A stretch of DNA of 64,000 nt, from the NCBI GenBank assembly GCA_963712115.1, contig CAVQGX010000033.1:1-64000 (forward strand), read 5' to 3'. Shown here one piece after another: positions 49,766 through 61,897 of the stretch. This DNA is from an uncultured delta proteobacterium. Lineage in GTDB: Bacteria; Desulfobacterota; Syntrophobacteria; BM002. Under the pieces are notes generated by a model, which was not told the origin of the DNA, ran no database searches, and was given only the letters and a program-made list of their open reading frames with translations. Position 1 is the first letter of the stretch; every line of letters starts with the position of its first letter. A program made the translations under genes and the position numbers.

Positions 49766-50715
49766 TGCCCGCTACCCTCGATTTGCAAAGGGCGGACCAA
49801 GAGACGATTGGCCTTCGCGTTTAAAATGTAGTGAAGCGGATTGACGCACCTATCCTTGACTTTAATCATGTAGTGCAGATGATGGCCAGTTGACAGTCCG
49901 CTATTACCCATGGAAGCAACAATGTCGCCCCGCTTAACTTTCTGTCCGGGACTTACATTGCAAGCCGAAAGATGCCCATAAGTGGTAATGATCTTTCGGC
50001 CGTGGTCTATCTTTAGGAATTTGCCAAGATATTTGTCGTATCCTCTCTTGATAACCGTGCCATCGGCAGGTGCGACAATAGGCGTCCCTTTACCACTGCT
50101 AATGTCCAGTCCGTTGTGGAACTCCTTTAGACCCGTAAAGGGACTGCGTCGCCAGCCAAAGCCCGAGGAAAACCAGTAATCAGTAACGCTAATAGGCATG
50201 ATACTCGGAGTACTATCCCAGTTCTCCCGTTGACTCCGCATGGTTTCCACCAACTCCTGCAGGTCCAATTCCAAGCTCTTGGCCCTTTGCAGAACTGAAA
50301 CCTCTTTGGGTTTGGCCGGAAACGGCACGCTGCCGCTGGCCATGGCATCATTTGGAGCTATGGTGGAAAGATCCGGGGACGGCTCACCTCCCTGGCCGAG
50401 ACCGTTTGTCTCTTCACCACTCTTTTCCACCCCTAGAAAACTTCGGATGGTATTCTCATCCTTGCGGATTCGCTCCATGGTCTGTCGAAGTGCATCCAAT
50501 TCCCTCTCTTTCTCGAGCAAATAGGTATTTTCCTCTCGTAATTCGAGGTAGTCATCATAGAGACTTTTGCCAAAATAGCCCCCAGTCGCCAGAAGTGCCC
50601 AAGAGAGCACAAGCGTACCCACAAAAACATACAAGATTAGAGGGGGGAGAGAGAAGGTTCGGGATCTAGAACTCACCGACGGCATCCACATCACAGTTAT
50701 TCTTTTTCGCTTCAT
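49762..50715 (-). CDS. M23 family metallopeptidase
   Basis: HNGLD, YGHL and STGHHLHY motifs; N-terminal TM and coiled coil. Confidence 0.92.
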   Translation of the reverse strand: MKRKRITVMWMPSVSSRSRTFSLPPLILYVFVGTLVLSWALLATGGYFGKSLYDDYLELREENTYLLEKERELDALRQTMERIRKDENTIRSFLGVEKSGEETNGLGQGGEPSPDLSTIAPNDAMASGSVPFPAKPKEVSVLQRAKSLELDLQELVETMRSQRENWDSTPSIMPISVTDYWFSSGFGWRRSPFTGLKEFHNGLDISSGKGTPIVAPADGTVIKRGYDKYLGKFLKIDHGRKIITTYGHLSACNVSPGQKVKRGDIVASMGNSGLSTGHHLHYMIKVKDRCVNPLHYILNAKANRLLVRPLQIEGSGQ

Positions 50716-51205
50716 ACCGTCACCTGTCCTTGGCCAGTGGGAGAGAGAGTTAGTAATCTTACTTTCGATCGTAACTTTTCAGAAAAACTTTTAAATATCA
50801 AATCCCGGTGAGTTCCGGGCGGCAAGGCGAGAAGGAAGTGATTAGTTCTCCTAAAAACTACTGTCATCGGATCGTCTCAGAATGAGGCCCCAGGGTAGAG
50901 ATGCTTCAGCGCACTTTCAGCACATTGGGCCCACTTTTAATTAAAACCTCATGCTCTGTCAAGTTTTTTTTAAACCATCGCGGTTAGTTAAACGGTTGCC
51001 GCGTGACTTACTTACTTCCGGCAACTATTTTGACATCACTCCTAGTCCCTTGATTCTTAAGCAAATTTTGCGCCAAAAAATATGATCCCCTCTCTTTTGT
51101 TGAATAAGCAAAGTACAAAGTTCGAATAATCATCTATAATTATTGACGTAGCCTTCCTTTTGGTATACAAACAAATACACAACAAACTTCTAAGGAGGAT
51201 TTTCC

Positions 51206-52714
51206 ATGCAAAATCGGTCGGTCGATCCTCGAGTAAGTATACTCAAAGATATCTCTCCATTACTTACTTCAGTTCTTGATACCGATAGTGTTTTGGAAAT
51301 GATTATCGAATCGGTGACCAGGCTGATGGAAGCCAAAGCGAGTTCCCTGCTCTTAGTGGATAAGGGCACGAATAAACTTTATTTTCAGGTTGCAACTGGA
51401 GAAGCTAAAGAGGAAGTCAAGAAATTTGAGATCGACATGGGTCAGGGAATCGCCGGCCATGTGGCCTTAACCGGCAAACCACTTCTCATTCCTGACGTAT
51501 CCAAAGATCCCCTCTGGGACAGTACTATTAGCGAAGCCACCGGATTTGAAACCCGGTCCATTGCCTGCGTTCCCATCAAGAGCGGGCGAGAAGTTATCGG
51601 CGTGATCCAGATCATTGACAGGGAGGACGGCCAGCCAATCCATGAAGATGATATGGAAATTTTGAAACATTTCTCTGAGCTTTCTTCGGTAGCCATTGAG
51701 CGGGCTCGAAACTACAAGGACATAGTTAATGAGAACCTATATCTGAAAAAGGAGTTGGAGTCCCGGTATGAAATTATTGGTGTGAGCAAGGCCATAGAAA
51801 AAGTAATCTCCGATGCCGTCAAAGTTGCCAATTCTAAGACCACCACTTTGATCACCGGTGAAAGTGGCACAGGCAAAGAGCTTGTTGCTAGACTAATTCA
51901 CAAGATTGGGCCCAGACGCAAGAAAAAGCTCATGGTGGTCAATTGCGCCGCCTTTACCGACACTCTGCTGGAATCTGAACTGTTCGGGCACGAGAAGGGT
52001 TCATTTACTGGTGCCATCTCACGCAAAACCGGAGTCCTTGAAATTGCCGACGGCGGCACTCTCTTTCTGGACGAGGTTGCTGAAATGAGCCCCTCCATGC
52101 AGGTAAAACTGTTGAGGGTCATCCAAGAAGGCACCTTCAATCGAGTGGGCTCGCCCTCTCCCATGCAGGTAGATATCAGAGCCATTGCAGCCACCAACAA
52201 AAATCTCTTTGAGGAAGTACACAAAGGGCTATTCCGCGAGGATTTATATTACCGACTCAACGTGGTGCACATCCACATTCCCGCGCTGAGGGAGCGGAGG
52301 GACGACATCCTGGTTCTTGCCCAACACTTCCTAGATAAGTACAAGCACATCAGGGGACCGTCTAATATCAGTTTCAGCCCTGCTACCACCGAAGTGATGC
52401 AAAACTATCACTGGCCTGGTAATGTACGGGAACTGGAGAATGCCGTTGAGAGAGCCATAGTGATGGGTACCGGCGAGTTTATAGAGCCTGAAGATCTGCC
52501 CTTCAGTGTGGTACCATCAGGAGACACTGCACAAGAACTTCTGGGTTGCTCCCTGAAAGACGCACTCGATTCTTTCAAACGTGATTTCTTGCAGCGCAAC
52601 TTGGATCATCAGGGTGGTAGTGTCAAGGATACGGCAAAGGTTCTTGGCATTCAGCGCACCTATCTTTCCCGGCTGATTTCCAAATACGGTTTGACAACCA
52701 GGCGGGGTCGCTGA
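51206..52714 (+). CDS. sigma54-dependent transcriptional activator (GAF-AAA+-HTH)
   Basis: GESGTGKE, ESELFGHEKGSFTGA, LFLDE, FREDLYYRL and WPGNVREL; N-terminal GAF. Confidence 0.95.
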   Translation: MQNRSVDPRVSILKDISPLLTSVLDTDSVLEMIIESVTRLMEAKASSLLLVDKGTNKLYFQVATGEAKEEVKKFEIDMGQGIAGHVALTGKPLLIPDVSKDPLWDSTISEATGFETRSIACVPIKSGREVIGVIQIIDREDGQPIHEDDMEILKHFSELSSVAIERARNYKDIVNENLYLKKELESRYEIIGVSKAIEKVISDAVKVANSKTTTLITGESGTGKELVARLIHKIGPRRKKKLMVVNCAAFTDTLLESELFGHEKGSFTGAISRKTGVLEIADGGTLFLDEVAEMSPSMQVKLLRVIQEGTFNRVGSPSPMQVDIRAIAATNKNLFEEVHKGLFREDLYYRLNVVHIHIPALRERRDDILVLAQHFLDKYKHIRGPSNISFSPATTEVMQNYHWPGNVRELENAVERAIVMGTGEFIEPEDLPFSVVPSGDTAQELLGCSLKDALDSFKRDFLQRNLDHQGGSVKDTAKVLGIQRTYLSRLISKYGLTTRRGR

Positions 52715-52991
52715 TCGCCGAAGCTTAAGCTAATGTGGCGAAGGAGACTAGCGCTGAGCACCAAGAGTGGTGTCTTAGGAGTTAGGAGTTAGGAGTCAGG
52801 AGTCAGAATTCAAAATCAAACTGACAAAAGGCATAAAGCGTAAGGCCTTAAGCGCAGGGCTGAATTGAATCAGCCTAAACCTTGAGCCTTGCTCCCTGAG
52901 CCTTGCGCCATTACTATTTCAGTTATGCATTTCTCTAAACAACTGACAACGGACCACTGACCACCGACGGCACAGCAGGTTGGAGACCAAA

Positions 52992-53456
52992 ATGGCGGGC
53001 ATGATCAGAAAAGCTAAGGTAGACGAGGTCCGTGAAATTCAAAAAATGCTGGCCTCCCGCGCTGAGCGCGGCGACCTGCTGCCCCGCTCTTTAAGCGAAC
53101 TCTTTGACAACCTCCGGGACATATTTGTCTACCTGGATGACGACAAACCTGAAATCATCGGCACTTGCAGCATGCACATTTGCTGGGAAGATCTCGCCGA
53201 GATTCGCTCTCTGGTAGTAAGGGAGCCCTATCAGGGTCAAGGAATTGGTAAGAAACTAGTAGATGAATGCGTTTCTGAAGCCCTAACCTTGGGATTGAAC
53301 CGTATCTTCGTTCTTACATATCAGGTGGAGTTCTTTCATAAATTGGGATTCAGGGAAGTGGACAAGGCGACTCTGCCCCACAAGATTTGGGCAGACTGTC
53401 TCAAGTGCGTCAAATTTCCCGAGTGCGATGAAGTAGCGATGATTTATGAGATATAA
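52992..53456 (+). CDS. argA: amino-acid N-acetyltransferase (short ArgA)
   Basis: LLPRSL, WEDLAEIRSL and LPHKIWADCLKC motifs; near argJ. Confidence 0.85.
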   Translation: MAGMIRKAKVDEVREIQKMLASRAERGDLLPRSLSELFDNLRDIFVYLDDDKPEIIGTCSMHICWEDLAEIRSLVVREPYQGQGIGKKLVDECVSEALTLGLNRIFVLTYQVEFFHKLGFREVDKATLPHKIWADCLKCVKFPECDEVAMIYEI

Positions 53457-53549
53457 AGAATCGGTGTCAGGTTTCGGGTGTCAGGTGAGGAAAGATTGGT
53501 TGAAACCTGAACACTGAAACCTGAAACCTTCGAGGGTAGGGGATAACAC

Positions 53550-56393
53550 ATGGGTTTAATAACAAATCCATTAACTAAGATTTTTGGCAGCAAGAATGAA
53601 CGCGAACTGAAAAGAATAGCGCCACTGGTGGATCAAATCAACAGCCTGGAAGCAGAGATTAGGTCCCTAAGCGATGCGGAGCTGGCTGGCGCCACTCCAC
53701 GTTTTCGTGAAAGCTTGGATCGCGGGGCCACTCTTGATGAGCTCTTGCCGGAGGCGTTTGCCGTGGTCCGGGAGGCCTCGGTGCGCACTCTGGGGATGCG
53801 TCCTTTTGACGTCCAGTTAATCGGCGGAATCGTCCTCCACCAAGGCAAGATCTCCGAAATGAAAACCGGCGAAGGCAAGACTTTGGCCGCCACCATGCCG
53901 GTTTATCTAAATGGTCTAACAGGCCGCGGGGTCCACTTGGTGACGGTCAATGACTATCTTGCTCGCCGAGACGCCGAGTGGATGGGAGCCATCTATAAAT
54001 TCCTCGGCCTGAGCGTGGGGGTCATCCTCCATCATCTTAATGATCAAGAACGGCAACTTGCCTATGCTGCCGATGTAACCTACGGCACCAACAACGAATT
54101 CGGCTTCGACTATCTGCGGGACAACATGAAATTCCACCGCCGGGAATGCGTGCAGAGAGAACTACATTACGCCATCGTTGACGAGGTGGACAGCATCCTC
54201 ATAGACGAAGCTCGGACGCCGTTGATCATATCCGGGCCAGTGGAATATTCAATCAAAGACTACGAGAAGCTGCGCGGCCCGGTGTCCAGTCTGTTTCAGC
54301 GTCAACAGCAGTTGGCGGTCCAATATATCAGAGAGACTCAAAAACTCCTGGAGCAAGACCAGGAATACGAAGCCAGCGAGATGTTTCTGCACGCTAATCG
54401 AGCCGCCCCCAGGCATCCAAGCGTTATGGAGATGATGGAAGAGGGGAAGATGCGCAAGCTGCTAAAAAATGTAGAGCAGGATTACTCTCTGGCCAAACGT
54501 CTTCCCGAGGTCGATGAATCACTGCTCTACGTGGTGGAGGAAAGAGAGCGCAACGTCTATCCCACCGAGCGAGGCAAGGACATAATAGCCAAAAACGATC
54601 CGAAATTTTTTATGTTGCCCGAGTTAGAGATGGAACTGGAGAGGATCAATCAGGACACCTCCCTTGCCCCGGAAGAAAAAACGGAACAATCGCAGCGAAT
54701 TCGCAGCGAGTATGAGCAAAAGCTCACCCGCAACCACGTTATCAACCAGCTGCTCAAGGCCTATGCTCTCTTCGCCAAAGATGTGGATTATGTGGTCAAA
54801 GACGGGCAGATTATTATCGTGGATGAGTTTACCGGGCGCCTCATGCCCGGCCGTCGCTATAGCGATGGCTTGCATCAAGCATTGGAAGCCAAGGAAGGCG
54901 TGCGAGTCGAACAAGAAAACCAGACCCTGGCCACCATCACCTTTCAGAACTATTTTCGTATGTATGAAAAACTAGCAGGCATGACAGGTACTGCCGACAC
55001 TGAAGCTCCGGAGTTTGCCAAAATCTACGAACTAGATGTAGCACTAATTCCTACCAACAAAAAGATGATCAGGAGTGATAATTCTGATGTCATCTATAAG
55101 ACCGAACGGGAGAAGTTCCGGGCTGTTGTGCAGGAGATCAAGGAGTTGGCCCAGATGGAGCACCCGGTCTTGGTCGGCACCGTTTCAATTGAGAAATCTG
55201 AAAGACTCAGCAACATGCTAACCAAAGATGGCGTTAAACATTCTGTGCTAAATGCTAAGAATCATGAGAAGGAAGCAGAAATTGTAGCCAAAGCAGGCCA
55301 AAAGGGAGCAGTAACCATTTCAACCAACATGGCAGGTCGCGGCACTGACATTGTTCTTGGTTCTGGAGTGGTGGAAATGGGCGGCCTGCACATTATAGGT
55401 ACCGAGCGCCATGAAGCTCGCCGGATAGACAACCAGCTTCGAGGCCGAGCTGGCCGGCAGGGAGATCCGGGCTCTTCCCGCTTCTATCTATCCTTGGAAG
55501 ACGATCTCATGAGAATTTTTGCCGCCGACCGCATTGCCAATCTCATGGATCGAGTGGGCATGGAGGAAGATCAACCAATCGAACACTCTCTCATCAGCAG
55601 GGCAATAGAAAACGCCCAGAAAAAAGTGGAAGCTCAGAACTTCAATATCCGCAAGCAGCTTATCGAATATGACGATGTTATGAACCAGCAGCGAGAGATA
55701 ATTTACCAACAAAGAAGACAAGCTTTGGAAGAAGAAAATTTGCAGCCAGTGGTCCTGGACATGATTGAAGATATTGTGGATGACCTGGTGGAATCTCACA
55801 CAGGGGAGGAAACTCCTCCGGAGGAGTGGGACCTCCGAGGACTGGAGGAAGCTTTTCTTAAGCAGTTCTCCCTGCCGCTGACTCTCAGTGACAAAGTGGT
55901 TGAAGATCTCACCCAAGAGGGTATCCGTGAATTTCTTCTGGAAAAAGCCCGAAATGGTTATTTTCAGAAGGAGAAGGAATGGGGCCCAGAAATCACTCGA
56001 GACATGGAGCGGTTAATAACCTTGCAGACAGTGGATCAGCGTTGGCGTGAGCACCTACTGGCCATGGATCATCTCAAGGAAGGGATCGGTCTCCGCGGGT
56101 ATGCCCAACAAAACCCCCTCATCGAGTACAAGCGTGAAGGACTCGATATGTTTCAGGAGATGATAGAGAGGATCAAAGGTGAGACCATTCAGATGCTTTT
56201 TAGAATTCAAGTGGCCACCCAAGAAGAAACCGAGCAACTGGAAGAGGCCCATCAACAGCCAATGTTCTTTAGTCACGGAGATGCAGCTGCTGGCTCGAAA
56301 AGAAAGCCAGTAAAAAAAGCTGCCAAGATAGGCCGCAACCAGCCTTGTCCCTGTGGCAGCGGCAAAAAATACAAAAAATGTTGTGGGAGATAG
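53550..56393 (+). CDS. secA: preprotein translocase ATPase SecA
   Basis: [44 protein letters not shown] and [13 protein letters not shown]. Confidence 0.98.
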   Translation: MGLITNPLTKIFGSKNERELKRIAPLVDQINSLEAEIRSLSDAELAGATPRFRESLDRGATLDELLPEAFAVVREASVRTLGMRPFDVQLIGGIVLHQGKISEMKTGEGKTLAATMPVYLNGLTGRGVHLVTVNDYLARRDAEWMGAIYKFLGLSVGVILHHLNDQERQLAYAADVTYGTNNEFGFDYLRDNMKFHRRECVQRELHYAIVDEVDSILIDEARTPLIISGPVEYSIKDYEKLRGPVSSLFQRQQQLAVQYIRETQKLLEQDQEYEASEMFLHANRAAPRHPSVMEMMEEGKMRKLLKNVEQDYSLAKRLPEVDESLLYVVEERERNVYPTERGKDIIAKNDPKFFMLPELEMELERINQDTSLAPEEKTEQSQRIRSEYEQKLTRNHVINQLLKAYALFAKDVDYVVKDGQIIIVDEFTGRLMPGRRYSDGLHQALEAKEGVRVEQENQTLATITFQNYFRMYEKLAGMTGTADTEAPEFAKIYELDVALIPTNKKMIRSDNSDVIYKTEREKFRAVVQEIKELAQMEHPVLVGTVSIEKSERLSNMLTKDGVKHSVLNAKNHEKEAEIVAKAGQKGAVTISTNMAGRGTDIVLGSGVVEMGGLHIIGTERHEARRIDNQLRGRAGRQGDPGSSRFYLSLEDDLMRIFAADRIANLMDRVGMEEDQPIEHSLISRAIENAQKKVEAQNFNIRKQLIEYDDVMNQQREIIYQQRRQALEEENLQPVVLDMIEDIVDDLVESHTGEETPPEEWDLRGLEEAFLKQFSLPLTLSDKVVEDLTQEGIREFLLEKARNGYFQKEKEWGPEITRDMERLITLQTVDQRWREHLLAMDHLKEGIGLRGYAQQNPLIEYKREGLDMFQEMIERIKGETIQMLFRIQVATQEETEQLEEAHQQPMFFSHGDAAAGSKRKPVKKAAKIGRNQPCPCGSGKKYKKCCGR

Positions 56394-56587
56394 GCGCTTG
56401 GAGCAAGCTGCAACGAGACGTGAAGTCGGGCGAGACGCGAGGTCGAGAATTAAAGGTATTTGATAATTTTGTCTTTCCCCGTCTCGCTAGTCTCACCAGT
56501 CTCGCTCGTCTCTTGAGAAGAGACTTTACCGGCTTAACCCTTTGGCGAGCTAACACATTAACCCCTTTCACAAATGATTACTGACCA

Positions 56588-57805
56588 ATGACCAATGACC
56601 AAATACCTGTTGCAGAGCAGTACCGCGTTCCCGGATTCAAGGCAGGCGCCGTAGCCGCCGGAATTCGTTATCAGGGCCGTCCGGACCTCGCCCTTATAAT
56701 TAGTGAAGTTACCGCTGCTGCAGCCGGGGTTTTCACCACCAACAAAGTTCAAGCAGCGCCAGTCCTGCTCAGCCGCTCACATTTGACTGGCAACAGGGCC
56801 AGAGCCATTGTGGTCAACAGCGGCATCGCCAACGCCTGTACCGGTGAGGTTGGCTTGCAGCGTGCCCAGGCCACGGCTCATATGGTTGCTGAAGCCATTG
56901 GCTGCCCCATCCATGAAGTTCTGGTAGCTTCAACTGGGGTAATCGGAATGGATCTTCCCCTTGAGCCGGTGGCCAATTATCTGCCCAAGTTAGTCTCTGC
57001 TGTGCACGTTGACGGCTGGTTTGATGCGGCTCGGGCAATCATGACCACAGATACGGTGCCAAAAATCCATATGGTGAAGGACCTGCTGCAGGATCGCCCT
57101 TTCACTGTGCTTGGCATCGCCAAAGGCGCGGGCATGATCTACCCGGACATGGCAACCTTACTCTCATTTGTGGCTACCGATGCAGCCATCTCCCCGGAAG
57201 CGCTTCAAGCACTGGTGCGACAAGAGACAGACCGGTCCTTTAACCGGATTACTGTGGACGGAGATACCAGCACCAATGACACCCTTTTTGTACTCGCCAA
57301 CGGCCTTGCGGGTAACCGACCTATAAGAAACCTGGACTCTTCTGATGGTGAACGTCTACGCTGGGCCTTAGGAGAGGTTCTTGTCAATCTGGCAAAAATG
57401 ATTGTGGCGGACGGAGAAGGTGCTACCAAGTTCGTAGAAATAACAGTGAAAGGTGGCTCAAGCAAAGCTGCAGCGCTGATTGCAGCCCGTACCGTCTCCA
57501 ACTCACCCCTGGTAAAAACTGCTCTTTTCGGCGAGGACGCAAATTGGGGCCGAATCCTGGCAGCTTTGGGGCGGGCGGGCATCGACTTTGACCCCCTGCG
57601 GGTACAGCTGTTTTTTAATGGGGTTAAGCTTGTTGAGAATGGTCTCGCCGTTGGACAAGAAGCGGAGGCTCAAGTTAGTGACATCCTAAAGAAATCGTCA
57701 TTTTCTATTACCATTGATCTTGGTCAGGGAAAGGCTGAGGAAACTGTCTACACCTGCGATCTCAGCCTCGATTACGTCAAGATCAACGCCAACTATCGCA
57801 GTTGA
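56588..57805 (+). CDS. argJ: glutamate N-acetyltransferase / ornithine acetyltransferase
   Basis: KGAGMIYPDMAT, DGDTSTND, DGEGATK and YVKINANYRS motifs. Confidence 0.97.
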   Translation: MTNDQIPVAEQYRVPGFKAGAVAAGIRYQGRPDLALIISEVTAAAAGVFTTNKVQAAPVLLSRSHLTGNRARAIVVNSGIANACTGEVGLQRAQATAHMVAEAIGCPIHEVLVASTGVIGMDLPLEPVANYLPKLVSAVHVDGWFDAARAIMTTDTVPKIHMVKDLLQDRPFTVLGIAKGAGMIYPDMATLLSFVATDAAISPEALQALVRQETDRSFNRITVDGDTSTNDTLFVLANGLAGNRPIRNLDSSDGERLRWALGEVLVNLAKMIVADGEGATKFVEITVKGGSSKAAALIAARTVSNSPLVKTALFGEDANWGRILAALGRAGIDFDPLRVQLFFNGVKLVENGLAVGQEAEAQVSDILKKSSFSITIDLGQGKAEETVYTCDLSLDYVKINANYRS

Positions 57806-57887
57806 ACCAGCCATCAGCTTTCAGCTGTCAGCTATCAGCAAAAAGAAGCTGACGGCTGATCGCTGAATACTGACAGCTTTAATTGCC

Positions 57888-58592
57888 ATGATGATCGCCT
57901 GCCACCACCCGAATTTCATGCCTTGGCCCGGAATATTCTTTAAGGCAATGCAAGCAAGTCAAATGGTGCTCCTCGATGATGTCCAATTTCCCCTTGGTGG
58001 AAGCTGGGTAAACCGAAACCGGTTCAAAAACGACCAGGGAGAATTATGGCTGACCGTACCGGTTTGGAAAAGGGGTCGGAGTCTCCAACGGATAGATCAG
58101 GTTGAAATCTGTGACGAAGAAGACTGGCAGAAAAAGCACCTGCTGAGTCTCGTCCATGCATACAATCACGCCCCCTATTGGGATGAACACCGCGCGTTCT
58201 GTCAAGGAATATACCAAAATCCTTGGCACGGACTCCTGGAGCTAAACCTTGACATCTTGGATTATCTGCGGATTGCCTTGTCCATCGGGCAGCCTTTTCT
58301 CCGCAACTCTTCCCTGGCCATTGAGTCCAAAGGTTCTCAAAGACTGGTGGATATCTGTAAGGCTTTGGGAGCCAGCAAGTATTTGACCATAGCTTCTTCA
58401 AATAAATACCTGGACGAGGACCTCTTCCAAAAGTCAGGGATCCAGTTGGTCTACTATAAGTATGAACCCCCTGTCTATCCTCAACTCTGGGGTGATTTTA
58501 TTGCCAATCTCTCTGTTTTGGACCTTCTCCTCATCTGTGGGCCAAAAAGCGCCGGACTGATCCAGCAAGCCGGCTGGCTCCTCAGTTCGTGA
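57888..58592 (+). CDS. WbqC family protein
   Basis: HHPNFMPW, NRNR, WLTVP and YPQL..F..NLSVLDLL motifs. Confidence 0.9.
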   Translation: MMIACHHPNFMPWPGIFFKAMQASQMVLLDDVQFPLGGSWVNRNRFKNDQGELWLTVPVWKRGRSLQRIDQVEICDEEDWQKKHLLSLVHAYNHAPYWDEHRAFCQGIYQNPWHGLLELNLDILDYLRIALSIGQPFLRNSSLAIESKGSQRLVDICKALGASKYLTIASSNKYLDEDLFQKSGIQLVYYKYEPPVYPQLWGDFIANLSVLDLLLICGPKSAGLIQQAGWLLSS

Positions 58593-58817
58593 GCTCCTGG
58601 CTGTAAGCCAGAAGCAAGCTTGCAGCTGCCAGCAGATACGGGCTGTTGCGGTGGCATGCAGCAATGATTCTATAGACAGGATATTTTTTTCCTGCTAGCT
58701 GCCAGTTGCCCGCTGAAAGTCTCGTCTCTCTTTTCTCCTTGAAAGTTAACATTAAGTGTGATAGTTAATACCGGTTTAGCTAAAGGCGCGAGCCGACTCG
58801 CTTCGCGCGGTTTTTAA

Positions 58818-58912
58818 GAACACACATCCCCTGGATCCTTTGGTGCCCCAGCGGTTGGGGTGGCTGTCAGGTATTTCAAGGGGGATGGAGGAAAAACCAG
58901 AGGGAGGAAAAC
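58818..58912 (+). promoter_or_regulatory. rpsB (S2) leader RNA
   Basis: ACACACATCCC...GGGATGGAGG...AACC architecture typical of S2 leaders. Confidence 0.65.
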
Positions 58913-59734
58913 ATGCCTATTATCACCATGAAGCAACTTCTTGAATCGGGTGTTCATTTTGGACACCAAACCCGCCGCTGGAATCCGAAAATGAGACCTT
59001 ACATTTTCGGAGCGCGCAACGGAATCTACATCATCGATCTGCAAAAGACCGTTCGGATGTTCAACACTGCCTATCAGTTCCTTGTTGATACGGTTGCAGG
59101 TGGAGATTCGGTGTTATTTGTTGGCACCAAGAAACAGGCTGTAGATTCCATCGTGGAAGAATCCGAGCGTTGCGGCATGTTTAGGGTTACCCACCGCTGG
59201 CTGGGCGGAATGCTTACCAACTTCCAGACCATCAAGAATAGCATAGATCGGCTAAAGCAACTTAAAGCCATGAAAGAAGATGGCAGCATCAGCAAGTTCC
59301 CCAAAAAGGAGATTCTCCAGATGGAACGGGAGATGATGAAACTGGATAGGAACTTGGGGGGCATTGAAGACATGGAGCGTCTGCCAGGGGCGGTGTTTGT
59401 AGTGGACCCACGGCGTGAAAACATTGCGGTAGCCGAAGCAAACAAGTTGCGCATACCGATCGTCGCGATTGTGGACAGCAATTGCGACCCAGATCCCATA
59501 GATTATGTCATTCCCGGCAACGATGACGCTATCCGCTCCATCCGTCTCTTTTCTGCCAAAATCGCCGATGCATGTCTTGAGGGTAAACAAAGAAGAGAAG
59601 AGCAACTTCAGGCCTCCATGGATAAAGCGGTTAATGACATCGAAGTGGAGACTGCACCAATCGGCAGTGCTATTGCAGCTGAAGAAGGAGGACCGGAAAT
59701 AGAGATTATCAATCCTGTGGAAGAGGCAGAATGA
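58913..59734 (+). CDS. rpsB: 30S ribosomal protein S2
   Basis: [17 protein letters not shown] and PGNDDAIRS motifs. Confidence 0.98.
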   Translation: MPIITMKQLLESGVHFGHQTRRWNPKMRPYIFGARNGIYIIDLQKTVRMFNTAYQFLVDTVAGGDSVLFVGTKKQAVDSIVEESERCGMFRVTHRWLGGMLTNFQTIKNSIDRLKQLKAMKEDGSISKFPKKEILQMEREMMKLDRNLGGIEDMERLPGAVFVVDPRRENIAVAEANKLRIPIVAIVDSNCDPDPIDYVIPGNDDAIRSIRLFSAKIADACLEGKQRREEQLQASMDKAVNDIEVETAPIGSAIAAEEGGPEIEIINPVEEAE

Positions 59735-59756
59735 GTGAGTTCGAAGGAGGAGAAAA

Positions 59757-60362
59757 TTGCAAATCACCTCAGCAATGGTAAAGAAACTGCGAGATAAAAC
59801 GAACGCTGGAATTATGGACTGCAAGGCGGCCCTCCAGGAATCCCAGGGTGATATGGAAAAGGCGGTGGATTACCTCAGACAAAAAGGTCTGGCTGTCGCT
59901 CAAAAAAGGGCCGGGCGGACCGCCAGTGAAGGTCTGGTCCACTCATACATTCACGCTGGAGGCAAAATTGGGGTCATGGTGGAAGTAAACTGTGAGACTG
60001 ACTTTACTGCGCGAAGTGAGGCATTTTTGGACTTTACAAAAAACCTCGCTATGCACATCGCCGCAACCAACCCCCTGTCGATTGACCGCGAAGGCCTCAC
60101 CCCTGAGGTTGTAACCCGTGAGCAGGAAATCTACCGAGCTCAGGCACTTGATTCGGGCAAACCGGAGAAAATCCTAGACAAAATTGTCGAAGGTAAACTC
60201 AATAAATTCTACCAGGAAGTTTGTCTTTTAGAACAACCATACGTGCGCGACACAGACATCACAGTAGAGGACCTACTCAATGAGCTTCGGGCCAAGACCG
60301 GTGAGAACGTAATAGTGAGCCGCTTTGTCCGATACCAACTGGGTGAGGACTTGACGGGATAG
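59757..60362 (+). CDS. tsf: elongation factor Ts, short form
   Basis: VKKLR..T.AGIMDCK and EVNCETDF; TTG start after GGAGG. Confidence 0.96.
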   Translation: MQITSAMVKKLRDKTNAGIMDCKAALQESQGDMEKAVDYLRQKGLAVAQKRAGRTASEGLVHSYIHAGGKIGVMVEVNCETDFTARSEAFLDFTKNLAMHIAATNPLSIDREGLTPEVVTREQEIYRAQALDSGKPEKILDKIVEGKLNKFYQEVCLLEQPYVRDTDITVEDLLNELRAKTGENVIVSRFVRYQLGEDLTG

Positions 60363-60567
60363 CACTCGAAACACTAGGCACCAGGCAGTAAGCACTATGC
60401 ACCCAGACTAGCTTGAATCATAGTTGGTCTTGGACAGTTTAATCAATAAATACTCTCTTTACATCTTAAGCGGTGCCTAGTTCCTAGTGCTTAGTGCCTA
60501 GTAGACCGGAGTAGATTCGATAGAGGGCGAAGGGCAAGAAAAAACTAAACGAAACCGACAAAACGCT

Positions 60568-61296
60568 ATGTCTGAGGTTAAATACAAGCGGATACTTCTC
60601 AAAATCAGCGGTGAGGCTCTAATGGGAGATGCCCCTTTCGGCATCATGCCCGAGGTTATAGCCAAGGTTGCCGAGGACATCTTTGCAGTAGACCGCTTGG
60701 GGGTTGAAGTCGCTGTGGTAATCGGCGGCGGCAACATCTTTCGCGGCGTGTCTGCTGCTTCCTTCGGTATGGACCGGGCCTCTGCTGACTACATGGGTAT
60801 GCTGGCCACCGTCATCAATGCTTTGGCCCTGCAAGACGCCCTGGAGAGATTGGGAGCACAGACAAGGTTGCAATCTGCCATTACCATGCGAGAGGTGGCA
60901 GAGCCCTACATTCGTCGTAGAGCAATTCGCCACTTGGAGAAGGGTCGTATAGTAATCTTTGCTGCGGGAACCGGTAATCCTTACTTCACTACGGATACCG
61001 CTGCCGCATTGCGCGCCATGGAGATTCAGGCCGATGTTCTCCTCAAAGCCACTAGAGTTGACGGCGTTTACCCCGCTGATCCGGAGACGACACCAGGTAT
61101 TGAAAAAATAGATAGTCTCACTTATCTGGAAGTCTTACAAAGACAACTCAAAGTAATGGATGCCACCGCGATTTCTTTGGCTATGGACAATGATATGCCC
61201 GTAATCGTCTTCAACCTCACAAAACCGGGTTACATGAAAAGGGTTGTCATGGGTGAACCGGTAGGTACCATTGTGAAGGGAGAGGATAATGGTTGA
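60568..61296 (+). CDS. pyrH: UMP kinase
   Basis: [15 protein letters not shown] and [11 protein letters not shown] motifs. Confidence 0.98.
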   Translation: MSEVKYKRILLKISGEALMGDAPFGIMPEVIAKVAEDIFAVDRLGVEVAVVIGGGNIFRGVSAASFGMDRASADYMGMLATVINALALQDALERLGAQTRLQSAITMREVAEPYIRRRAIRHLEKGRIVIFAAGTGNPYFTTDTAAALRAMEIQADVLLKATRVDGVYPADPETTPGIEKIDSLTYLEVLQRQLKVMDATAISLAMDNDMPVIVFNLTKPGYMKRVVMGEPVGTIVKGEDNG

Positions 61297-61846
61297 AGAG
61301 ATATTCGAAGACTTGAATGAACGGATGGGAAAGTCCATAGAGACTCTCAAACGAGAATACAGCCGGTTGCGCACCGGCAGGGCTTCTATTTCTCTACTGG
61401 ACGGGATTAGGGTCTCTTATTACGACACCCTAACCCCCCTGAACCAGATGGCCTCACTAGCGGTTCCTGAACCTCGCCTCATAGTCATTCAACCATGGGA
61501 CAAGACTGCAATCGGCGACATCGAAAAGGCAATCTTGAAATCAGAGCTAGGTCTCACCCCAATGAACGATGGCAAAGTAATTCGCATCGCCATCCCTTCT
61601 CTAACCGAGGAACGGAGGAAAGAGCTGGTAAAAGTTGCCCGGAAAATGGCTGAAGACAACAAGGTCGCCATCAGAAACATTCGCCGCGATGCCAACGACA
61701 TGCTAAAGGATCTCAAAACGGAAAAGGAGATTACCGAAGACGATCTATACCGCTCGCAGGATGAAGTTCAGAAAATAACCGACGACTTTATTTCTCAGGT
61801 GGACGAATTGTGTACGGTCAAAGAAAAAGAAATACTCGAAATTTAA
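61289..61846 (+). CDS. frr: ribosome recycling factor
   Basis: [15 protein letters not shown] and AIRNIRRD motifs. Confidence 0.98.
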   Translation: MVEEIFEDLNERMGKSIETLKREYSRLRTGRASISLLDGIRVSYYDTLTPLNQMASLAVPEPRLIVIQPWDKTAIGDIEKAILKSELGLTPMNDGKVIRIAIPSLTEERRKELVKVARKMAEDNKVAIRNIRRDANDMLKDLKTEKEITEDDLYRSQDEVQKITDDFISQVDELCTVKEKEILEI

Positions 61847-61897
61847 ACTGGGATTAAATTCTCTTCCCGTCGGTCCACTGACAGGAATAGATGAATA

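Noticed and set aside
59757-60362. Short 201-aa EF-Ts as a truncation
   Set aside because: The short EF-Ts form is established in several phyla, and the C-terminal RFVRYQLGE end is normal.
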